Source: the human T2T-CHM13v2.0 reference genome, Homo sapiens | DNA length: 64,000 nucleotides | NCBI RefSeq assembly: GCF_009914755.1 | Contig: NC_060936.1 | Strand: one strand, 5' to 3' | Shown here: piece by piece, positions 1-14,470 of the stretch | How positions within the stretch are numbered: position 1 is the first letter of the stretch | Layout of the letters: the number at the start of each line of letters is the position of its first letter | The notes under the pieces: model-generated | What the model was told of the DNA's origin: nothing | What the model saw: the letters and a program-made list of their open reading frames with translations, nothing else | The model's database searches: none | Translations under genes and position numbers: made by a program

Positions 1-809
1 CCTCTCAGCTCTGAGTAAATTGGCTAATTTACTCATATTCCCTTAAGAATAATAACAGACATGTCATAGATGTCTATCAAGAGCCTGCACAGGACTAAAT
101 CCTGCTTTCAGTATCAGAAAGTCCAACTTATATTAAAATGGATACTAAGACAACATAACATTATAGGAATTTACTGCATCTGGTGTGGAGTTGGGTAGGA
201 AATAAGAAGGGCATAGAAAGTTTGATAAAACACTTCACCTTACCAAATAAATGTAATAGAGGCTTCTGATTTAACACAAATAACAACAACAAAAACTCAG
301 GTTGAATATGTGTCTTTGGGATAATTGTTCAACAAATTCAACATTTACACTATTAGTGTTATTTCCCTTCTCCTAATCACCCCTCTGTTCTTCTTTAGAA
401 TCTGTAATACTACTAATCTATTACTACTACAGGTCTCTCAAGGACACAGTGATATTTTTTATTTTTTTTTATTGCTATTCTGGTAAGGTAGAGAACTTTC
501 AGAGGCTTCCACATAATCTTTCCTAATTTACAGTCCTCATGAGAGTATGAAATATTAATGGTATTTGGTGACTGAGTCAATTCCAAGCCTGTGTTTAAAC
601 ACCTTGAAACTTTGGAATTTCTCTTTACCCAGTACACAGTCATTCTGGAAATAGTCTTATGTTTCTTTATGAAAAGGCTGGGAGAACAATTTACAGTAAG
701 TAATTGTGGAAGGATTTCAGGATCCTGCTTAGAGTGACCTCGTCTTATTGCTCGTCAAAGAATTCCAAGTATATGAAGTGACTCAGTGTCATTGAAGTAT
801 AGTTCTTAG

Positions 810-975
810 GAATACAAGAACTGAGACCAATCGTGTTAGTTTAAACTGGCTTTGCAACTCATAGGTTGGGTAAGTTTGGGCAAATAACGTTCCTGTGAAA
901 CTATTCCTCATTAATAAAGCAGGATACTTGAACATCTATCTCCAAGATTTGTTGTGAGAATTAAACAAATTAAGA
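810..975 (+). mobile_element. MIR SINE fragment (degenerate)
   Basis: MIR core-like order: ...tttgggcaaataac...cctcattaataaagcagg...atctatctccaagatttgttgtgagaattaaa. Confidence 0.55.
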
Positions 976-996
976 GAATTAAACAAGTTAAGAAAT

Positions 997-1433
<437 letters not shown>

Positions 1434-1479
1434 TCAAACTTTAAATCGTCCTATGGTCCCTAAGTTTTTCACTCAAATA

Positions 1480-2030
1480 TTCTTTCCTTTTTCTTTGACT
1501 TGGATGTAGATTTCCACTGAGAGCTGATAACTGTACATGATTTTACAGGGTCTCTCTCCATTTTTTCCCACTAGCATTTAACTTAATAAAACCCTTGCTC
1601 ATTTAATTCTGTCTTGATGTCTGCTTCTCAGAGAGTACGTAGCAAAGGGCATGATTAACTAGAAAGCAGGCTCTGAGACAGAGAGTAGCATTCATTAAGC
1701 TTATCAGGGGGTGCTCTTGTATATCTGTGAAGAAATTAAAGGGAGAATACCTGGAGAGAGGAAGAATTTGGACTGTGTGGCAGTATCAACAAAGTTCTCA
1801 CCAGAACCCATGAGGAACTCACAATGTGAGCAGGCTCTTTTCATGTGTCCCAGTTTGGAATTGGTGGCTAGATTTTATACCTTTGCATTTGTCAGTAATT
1901 GCATGCAAAACTCTCTAGGAATGCGGTATGGCGTTAGGCAAAGCAGCTTACTCTACCCAGGGACAACTCCCAGATACGGCTGAAGGCTGAGGGCTGTTAG
2001 AATGTAGCATTTCTGGCATCTGGAAAAATA
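1480..2030. mobile_element. Old ERVL-class LTR fragments (LTR16/LTR33-like)
   Basis: aataaaaccc...tgtcttgatgtctgcttctcagaga resembles an ERVL LTR 3' end; adjacent agcaggctctgagacagagagtagca resembles another old LTR; family not secure. Confidence 0.35.
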
Positions 2031-2899
2031 ATTACTTTGGTCTTGAAAGTGGAATAATACTGTGTATTAAACCATCTATGTAGCCATGACAATAGAGCTA
2101 AAGGAAAATTTGGGCCAGTGATGAAACCTACCAAAACCTCTAGTCAATCAATCAGAAGTATTATTATTGTTTTATGAATATAATATTCTCAATTATACAT
2201 TTATAATTCTCAAATCCTATTTGCATATCATCCTTTCCTTCCTTTCTCTATACTGAATTTCTTAAGTTTATGTTTAAAAGAGAATTTTTATACCCAATGT
2301 CCAGACCCTGGCTTTTATTATTATTCTCCAATAAATAGAACCAAGGGAGAGCCACTTCTAAAGAAGTAGAGTAAGGACCTCTGACTATTTATTCTTCCAT
2401 AAAGGCAAAATGAATACAGGCAAATATTTTAAAAATGCACTTTCCAGGTTTTTGGAAATAAACAAGGAGCTTGCAAGAATATGAGGAACATTTATTCAAG
2501 AAACTGGCTGAATATTGACAAGATCAGTGAATTTTGTGTCACTTTATCCTATCTAATTACATCACTCTTCTCCCGGCTCCACAATAACGTTGAAAACCAA
2601 GAGCCTCACAGAGAAACCTTCAACCTCATATTAAATTCTCAAGGAGACAAAACGTATTTAAGGCTACTCCCCAGAAGCCCACGCTCTGATATTTGTCATT
2701 ATTTTATCTGTCTTGCAGTTTATTTGAAATCCTTATACATATAAAGGACTTACCTGTACTTAACCTGACTCAGCACATACTCTCTTGAAACAGCCTTTTG
2801 ATAGCATATTTGTAAAAAAACGATTAGCAATATTTATTTAAATTATAGTTGCAAGAGGCAATGGTAACAGTTGGAACAAAGAAGAAAATAACTGAACTT

Positions 2900-4035
2900 A
2901 AAAGAAAAGCCAGGGAATTAAATGTCCATATAGGACTTTGAAAAGCTTGGGCACATTCCTGGGAATTTAGAAGGCAATTTTCATGTGTAGGGCTGTGTGC
3001 CTGCTCAGGAAAGACTTGAGATGAGCCACTTTTCTCCATTCTAGCTGACATTGAGGCTCTCTGGAGGCAGGAAGTGAACACAAAGATAGACTTGTAAACC
3101 GCCTACTAGAGCAGGGGTCCCCAACCCTTAGGCTGCCGATGGGTACCTCTCCATGACCTGTTAGGAATTGAGCTGCACAGCAGGAGGTCAGTGGTGGGCA
3201 AGGGAGCATTACTGCCTGAGTTCTGCCTTCTGTTAGATCAGTGCTGGCATTAGATTCTCATAGAAGCAGGAACCCTATTGTGAACTGCACATGTGAAAGA
3301 TCTAGGTTGTGTGCTCCCTGTAAGAATCTAATGCCTGATGAGAATCTAATGCCTGAGGTGGAATAGTTTCATCCCAAAACCATGCCCCTCCCCATAGAAA
3401 AGCTATCCTCCACATAACCAGTCCCTGGGGCCAAAAAGATTGTGGACGGAACATTGAAAACATGCTGAAATACACAAAGAGTCTCTTGGCAGAAGCTGGG
3501 AGATTTATGGGTTCAGGGCACTTAAGGAGATCTCTGTCTACTTATTAAATGAACACTATGCTAACTAAGCGAAGACTTCAGTAACTACACATGACAAAGG
3601 ATACAGAAATTACAGAAGTTGTTAATGGAAGATACTAAACAAACAGTAATAACAACAAAAACCAACTCTTTGCAAGGAATGTAATTTTGAATTCACACAT
3701 TATACTGTTTAAAAGGTACATTTTCAATAACACCCCAAAATACATAACATACAAAGAAACACAAAAGTCTGGCCCATACACACAGGGAAGAAGAGCAGTC
3801 AATAGAAAGTGTCCCTCAGTAATCTCTGGAATTTCTAGACTAATTTAAATCAGCTAATGTAAATATTTTAATGGCTTCCTGGATGGAATCCTGAAACAGA
3901 AAAACATCATCAGAGAAAAATCAATGAACTATCCATAAAATATGAAGTTTAGTTAATATTAAAGATCAGTATTGATCCATTAGTTGTGAAAAATGTAACA
4001 TAGTAATGTGGGATTCATACAATAAGGGAAACTGA
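2900..4035 (+). mobile_element. Old L1 (L1MC/L1MD-like) fragments: 5' region plus 3' UTR piece, interrupted by MER1B
   Basis: A-rich sense-strand L1M-like segments (tctggcccatacaca...cagtcaatagaaagtgtccc; cctggatggaatcctgaaacagaaaaa typical of L1MC/MD 3' UTR). Confidence 0.5.
3112..3448 (+). mobile_element. MER1B hAT-Charlie DNA transposon (MITE)
   Basis: Starts caggggtccccaaccc; internal gcattagattctcatag...ccctattgtgaactgc...atctaggttg...gaatctaatgcctga; ends gccaaaaagattgtggac. Confidence 0.9.
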
Positions 4036-4049
4036 ATATTTTGAAATTT

Positions 4050-4735
4050 AGAAGTGTGTATACATGTTTCTGTTGGCAGTAATTTTTTAAATTGTTTATT
4101 TGTCTGAAAATGTCTTAAGCTCAACTGAAAACTTAATTCATAGTTATCTTGGATATAAGGTAAGGGTTAGCCTTTTTTTACTTTTTAGAAATCTGCTTTT
4201 TGTCTAATTGCTCTGGTTTTAAAGGTAATCCATACAGAAATGCAATTGTTACAGTGTTACTTGTTGAAAAAACTTTGCTTCTGCCATTTGGCTCCTTTGT
4301 AAAAAACAAAAACAAAATGATTTATCATATCCATACGATTCTGCTTCTGGAGTCTTTATTTTGTTCCTATAAATAAGAGTTTTTATCACGAATGACTATT
4401 CATTTTAAAAATATCTTTCCTGCATTGAGATCTTCATATTATATTCTCATTTATTTTGCTCATATTGCTAATCACGTTAATTAATTTTCAAGTGTTATAC
4501 CTGTCTTACATCCATGCACTATGCTTTTTTATATGTCACTGGTCTCCATTTGCTGTTAATTTGTTAAAGTTTCTGCATCTATAATCTTGAGTAAAATTTC
4601 CATGGAACCTATTCTTTAATTTTATTGTTGTTGTCGGGCTTTGGAGAATGGATTACTGCCCTCAAAAGTATCTTGTCATAGATGGCCCTTCTTTCTCTAT
4701 TTTCTGGAAAGTTATATAAAATTGGTATTTGTTTT
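4050..4735 (-). mobile_element. Old L1M (L1ME-like) fragment
   Basis: T-rich antisense ORF2-like sequence; appears to continue at 11860-12130 and 13431-14470. Confidence 0.55.
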
Positions 4736-4797
4736 TAAATTTTTATTTTTGGTTTGGGGGTACATGTTAAGGTTTGTTACATAGATAAACACATGTC
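4736..4797 (-). mobile_element. L1PA13-16-like 3' end, left piece (split by full-length L1)
   Basis: tttttggtttgggggtacatgttaaggtttgttacatagataaacacatgtc is the reverse complement of an L1PA terminus; continues seamlessly at 11234. Confidence 0.85.
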
Positions 4798-5217
4798 TTT
4801 TTTATTACTGGACAAGATGGCTGAATAGGAACACCTCGGGTCTGCAGCTCCCAGCAAGACCAACGCAGAAGGCAGGTGATTTCTGCATTTCCAACTGAGG
4901 CACCCAGTTCATCTCACTGGGACTGGTTAGACAGTGGGTGCAGCCCACGGAGGGTGAGCTGAAGCAGGGTAGGGCGTTGCCTCACCCAGGAAGTGTAAGG
5001 GGTCGGGGAACTCCCTCCCATAGCCAAAGGAAGCCATGAGGGACTGTGCCGTGAGGGACGGTGCTATCTGGCCCAGATACTACACTTTTCCCATGGTCTT
5101 TGCAACCCACAGACCAGGAGATTCCTTCAGGTGCCTACACCACAAGGGCCCTGGGTTGCAACCACAAAACTGTATGGCCACTTGGGCAGACATCGAGCTA
5201 GCTGCAGGAGTTTTTTT

Positions 5218-5436
5218 TCATACCCCAGTGGTGCCTGGAATGCCATCAAGACCGAACCGTTCACTCTCCTGGAAAGCGGGCTGAAGGCAGGGTGCCAAGT
5301 GGTCTAGCTCAGCAGATCCCACCCCCATGGAGCCCAGCAAGCTAAGATCCACTGGGTTGAAATTCTCACTGACAGCACAGCAGCATGAAGTTGACCTGGG
5401 ATGCTCCAGCTGGGTGGGGGGAGGGGCTTCTGCCAT
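5218..5436 (-). CDS. Putative L1 ORF0-like antisense ORF, 72 aa (expression unknown)
   Basis: From Met48 of the 5218..5577 ORF: MAEAPPPTQLEHPRSTSCCCAVSE...SMGVGSAE resembles the ORF0 N-terminus (MAGAPPP...DCCA...SVGVGPSE); ATG context ggaATGG; open to TGA at 5218. Confidence 0.5.
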   Translation of the reverse strand: MAEAPPPTQLEHPRSTSCCCAVSENFNPVDLSLLGSMGVGSAELDHLAPCLQPAFQESERFGLDGIPGTTGV

Positions 5437-6120
5437 TCCTGAGGCTTGAGTAGGCAGTTTTCCCCTCACAGTGTAAACAAAGGCACTGGGAAGTTCGGAC
5501 TGGGCAGAGCCGAAAAGCCCCGCAAAGTGGCTGTAGCCAGACTGCCTCTCTAGATTCCTCCTCTCTTGGCAGGGCATCTCTGAAAGAAAGGCAGCAGCCC
5601 CAGTCAGGGGCTTATAGATAAAACTCCCATCTCTCTGGGACAGAGCACTTGGTGGGGAGGGTTGGCTGTGGGTGCAGTTTTAGCAAACTTAAACATTCCT
5701 GCCTGTGGGCTCTGGAGACAGCACAGCACTCGAGCTCTGCTAAGGGACAGACTGCCTCCACAAGTGGTTCCCTGACCCCATGCCTCCTTATTGGAGACAC
5801 CTCTCAGGAGGAGTTGACAGACACCTCATACGGGAGACCTCCGGCTAGCATCTGGTGGGTGCCCCTCTGGGATGAAAATTCCAGAGGAAAAAGCAGGCAG
5901 CAATCTTTGCTGTTCTGCAGCCTCCACTGATGATACCCAGGCAAGCAGGGTCTGGAGTGGACGCCCAGCAAAATCCAGCAGAACTGCAGCAGAGAGACCT
6001 GACTGTTAGAAGGAAAACAAACAAAGCAATAGCATCAACATCAACAAAAAGGACGAACATGCAAAAACTCCATCTGAAGGTCATCAACGGCAAAGAACAA
6101 AGGCAGATAAATCCACGAAG

Positions 6121-7137
6121 ATGTGGAAAAACCAGAGCAAAAAGGCTGAAAATTCCAAAAACCAGAATGCCTCTTCTCCAAAGATTGCAACTCCTCGCCA
6201 GCAAGGGAACAAAACTGGATGGAAAATGAGTTTGACAAATTGACAGAAGTAGGATTCACAAGCTGAGTAATAACAAACTCCTCTGAGCTGAAGGAGCATG
6301 TTCTAACCCAATGCAAGGCAGCCAAGAACCTTGATAAAAGGTTAGAGGAATTGCTAACTACAATAACCAGTTTAGAGAAGAACATAAATGACCTGGCAGA
6401 GCTGAATGACACAGCACGAGGATTCATAAAGCATACACAGTATCAATAGCTGAATTGATCAAGTGAAAGAAAGGATGTCAGAGATTGAAGATTAACTTAA
6501 TGAAATAAAGTGTGAAGACAAGATTAGAGGAAAAAGAATGTAAAGGAACTAACAAAGCCTCCAAGAAATGTGGAACTATGTGAAAAGACCAAACCTACGT
6601 TTGATTGGTGTACCTGAAAGTGACAGGGAGAATGGAACCAAGTTGGAAAACACACTTGAGGTATTATCCAGGAGAACTTCCCCAACCTAGCAAGACAGGC
6701 CAACATTCAAATTCAGGAAATACAGAGAACACCACAAAGATACTCCTCGAGAAGAGCAACCCCAAGACACATAATTATCAGATTCACCTAGGTTGAAATG
6801 AAGGAAAAAATGTTAAGGGCAGCAAGAGAGAAAGGTTGGGTTACTCACAAGGGATGCCCATCAGACTAACAGTGGATCTCTCAGCAGAACCCTACAAGCC
6901 AGAATAGAGTGGGGACCAATATTCAACATTCTTAAAGAAAAGAATTTTCAGCCCAGAATTTTATATTCAGCCAAACTAAGCTTTAAAAGTGAAGGAGAAA
7001 TAAAATCCTTTAGAGACAAGCAAATGCTAAGGGATTTTGTCAACACCAGGCCCGCCTTACAAGAGCTCCTGGAGGAGGCACTAAACATGGAAAGGAAAAA
7101 CCTGTACCAGCCACCACAAATACAACCCAAAATGTAA
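6121..7137 (+). pseudogene. L1 ORF1p (RNA-binding chaperone) remnant with frameshifts and stops
   Basis: atgtggaaaaaccagagcaaaaagg start region, recognisable ORF1 nucleotide sequence to aatgtaa; no long ORF left in the track. Confidence 0.9.
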
Positions 7138-7200
7138 AGACCATCAGCACTATGAAGAAACTGCATAAACTCATGGGCAAAATAACCAGCTAACATCATC

Positions 7201-10981
<3,781 letters not shown>

Positions 10982-11233
10982 ACAGGAGAACTTAATGGGC
11001 AAAGGGAGGGGAATATCACACATCTGGGCCTGTGAGGGGTGGGAGGCAAGGGTAAGGATAGCATTGGGAGAAATACCTAATGTAGATGATGGGTTTATGG
11101 GTGCAGCAAACCACCATGGCACATGTATACCTATGTAACAAACCTGCACCTTCTGCACATTATCTCAGAACTTAAAGTATAATAATAAAAAAAAGAAATA
11201 AAGTCATTAAATAACTAAAAAAAAGCACATGTC

Positions 11234-11860
11234 ATAGTGTATTTTTGTAAGCATTATTACATCACCCAGGTATTTAGCTCAGTATCCAGCAGTTATCTTT
11301 CCTGCTCCTCTCCCTCCTCCCACCCTGCACCCTCAGGAAGACCCCAGTGTCTGGTGTTTCCTTCTATGTGTTCATAAGTTCTTATCATTCGGCCTTCACT
11401 TTTAAGTGAGAACATGTGATATTTTGTTTTCTGTTCCTGTGTTGGTTTGCCAAATATGGTAGCCAGCTCCACTCATGTTCTCATAAAAGACATATTGTCA
11501 TTCCTTTTTATGGCTGAACAACATTCCATGGTGTATATGTATCACATTTTCTTTATTAGTCTGTCATTGATGGGCATTTAGGCTGATTTCATATCTTTGC
11601 TATTGTGAATAGTGCTGCAATGAACATTCACGCTCATGTGTCTTTATGGTAGAATGCTTTATATTCCTTTGGGTATATATCCAGTAATTGGATTGCTGGG
11701 TTGAATGGTAGTTTTGCTTTTAGCTCTTTGAGGAATCACCATACTGCTTTCCACAGTGGTTGAACTAATTTACACTCCCACCAACAGTGTAGAATTGTTC
11801 CCTTTTCTCCACAACCTCACTGGCATCTGTTATTTTTTGACTTTTTCATAGTAGCTATAG
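11234..11860 (-). mobile_element. L1PA13-16-like 3' region, right piece (5'-truncated)
   Basis: catcacccaggtatt...cctctccctcctcccaccc...taagtgagaacatg...ttgtgaatagtgctgcaatgaac antisense L1 3' UTR and ORF2 end. Confidence 0.9.
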
Positions 11861-12132
11861 ACTTCCTATTTCTTATTTATGTGTGTTATAAAATTCAGCT
11901 GGGATGTAATCTGGACATATTTTTTTATTAGTGTGAATTTTTATTAAAAAGCAATGTATTTTATAGATATGTTTATTTACAATCTCTAGCTCTTTTTTGT
12001 AATTTGCTAAGAAATTTTCCAACTAATCTAAATTATTGAAAACATTGGCAGAAAAAATTTTATACCATTCCTTACACAATATTTCTCTTTCGTTCATGAT
12101 ATAACTTGTAATCTCTTTTGTTGTATCAGTTG

Positions 12133-13430
12133 TGTTAGGTAGTTAGACATTAGCAGCTTTGAGGAGGTGAAAGAGGAAAATAGAAAGGCTGTCACTAAGA
12201 CAGGCCCTGGCCCACCTTAGTTCAGCCCCAAGACCACCTTCACTCCACTAACAGATGGAGTTTGTTGTAAAGTCTGTGGCCAGCACTTCCTGAAGAAAGA
12301 GAAATTAGGGCACAGGTGGAATCCTCTGAAGTGGCACATGCCCAGTAAGCTAAAACTGTATTTTCGAGTTGACCCTGCAGTGGGCTTTTCTTAATGAATT
12401 ATAGGTAAAAACATGCATAGTTTAGCTTTATTTATATAACCATAAACTGCCAATCAAATAACATTATCCTGTCACTCAGACACAGCCCAAATCTCGACTC
12501 CTCTCCACAAACCCCATAAAAGTGAAATGGCCTCAATGTCTGGAGTAACACCTGAAATTAGTTGTCTCACGGCCATGGAAAACTAGGATGTGGACACACA
12601 AAGAGTGAGGCTGAGAGTGGAAGATTAATGGGTGAAAGAAAGAGAAGAGCTCTCTGCTGCAGAGAGGGGTGCCAGAAAAATGGTTGCTAGCTCTGTGGTG
12701 AAATGCAAGGGGTTTTAGAAATGCCTGATAAGAAGGCAGTGTTTGATTTACATAGGGTGCAAAAGATGAGTTGGACCAGGAGTGCCAATCGCATAGGGCA
12801 CAAAAAACTGGTTAGGACTAGGTGTGTCATTTGCATAGGGTGTAAATTTCTGGCCACCCCATCCTAATCTTTTATAATGAAAGTGGGTCCTCTGCCTGAG
12901 TTGCACTGTGTTGCACTTTTCTTTACTGTACACGTGGTTAACAAAAACAGGGAAGATGGAGCCTCCATGTTGGACATGCTTGGCCCCCAAGTAGCCCTTT
13001 CCTATTGGCACAGCTGCCAGCATTCCCTCATGCAAGCTTCCACCTTGCTTATCTATGTTTGCAGCTTGATTTTTCAGGCTGCTCTTTGTTAGAAAAGAAA
13101 TGATTTTGGGGCTTCTTTTTGTTAGATGGGAAGTTCTGCCTGAGGACTACGTTGCCCTCACTATCTGCCTAAATAATTTCTTTTTACCTCCTGTATCAGA
13201 AGCACCTTGAGTTTTGTAAAGAGGGGCTGATTTCACTTTACAGAAATCAATCCGCTCTCCCTCTGAGAGTGTATTACTGTGCTTCAATAAACTGCTTTGA
13301 GCTCACCTTTTGGTGTTAGTTTGCAATTGTTTGCTCACTATCACAAGATCCAAGATTCCTGCTCCAGAGCTTCAGCTCTGTTGATCTCCTTGGTTAAAGG
13401 ATCCACCCCAATGTAGAATTCTCAGTAACA
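12133..13430 (+). mobile_element. Solo LTR (ERVL-class, family uncertain), interrupted by MER50
   Basis: TG...CA termini (tgttaggtag / cagtaaca), TATA-like cataaaag at about 12515-12522, aataaa near 13286; halves rejoin across the inner LTR. Confidence 0.7.
12523..13198 (-). mobile_element. MER50-like ERV1 solo LTR
   Basis: Reverse complement begins tgatacaggaggtaaaaagaaattatttaggcagatagtgaggg; TG...CA ends; 4-bp flanks aaag/gaag. Confidence 0.8.
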
Positions 13431-14470
13431 ACTGGTCTAGCTAAAGGACTATCAATTTTATAGAATTTTATAAGTAAAATAATTTTGCTGATATTAGTTT
13501 TCTCTATTGTTTGCCCATTTGCTATATTTTATTTTTATTATTGTTATTGGATACTATAGTATAGTATCCAATTTGTTTTCCTTTGTATAATATTTGGAAG
13601 CCTAGATAACTTATTTTCTATGTTTCTCTTTTTTATAATACATATTTAAAGTGATACAATTCCCTCTAAGCAAAACTTCATCTTCATCCCACAGATTTTT
13701 ATCTGCTATTTTTAAATTTGTATTTAGTCACTCAGTTCATGGCAACTGTAATTTTTTATTTTTTCTTTCACTCATGATTTATTTATCTTACTGAATTTTT
13801 ATTTGAAAATACTGGGAATTCTGATGTTTGATTTTTCTAAGTCAAGATGCTTGATACTTTTGTTCCAGTTTTCCCTATACTTAATGATTTTCTATTTGTT
13901 TATCCATTACTGATGGAGGAAAATTGAAATCCTAAATATAATTGTTAATATCTATGTTTGTCATTTGTTGCTTTATGCATTTTGAAACTCTGTTATATTT
14001 GATAACATTTAGAACATTATGCTGCCCTCTGAATTAACCCTTTTCTATTGTGAAATGCTCCTTATGCTTGATAATATAGTGTCACTCTGATGTCTACTTG
14101 ATATTAATTTAGCCACTCCAGCTTTCTTATATTTAGTGTACTCCAACTTTCTTGTGATTAGTGTTTGGATACTGCATCTTTTTCTTTGCTTATACTTTTT
14201 TATCTACTTTGGCTTTATATTTAAATTGAGTTTCTTGTAGGTAGCACGTAGTTGGGTTTTGTATTTTTATCCAATATGACAATCTCTACCTTAAAGTGTT
14301 TAGAATAATATTTAGTGTAATGATCTGTATGGTTTGATTTATATCAGTCATCTTGGTTTTCATTATTTGTCTCATGTTCTTTGTTCCAGGTTTCCTACTT
14401 AGCTGCTTTAGCTGCATTAAAGTGTAATCTTTAGAATTCTATATTATATTCATTATTATCTCATTAATAC
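13431..14470 (-). mobile_element. Old L1M (L1ME-like) fragment
   Basis: Antisense ORF2 EN-region-like sequence (tttagccactccagctttctt, gagtttcttgtaggtagcacgtagttggg, atccaatatgacaatctct). Confidence 0.7.

Noticed and set aside
2766-2775. Perfect ARE/MARE-type motif tgactcagca and isolated AP-1 sites near 574 and 779
   Set aside because: Single short motifs are expected by chance in 64 kb; no supporting cluster
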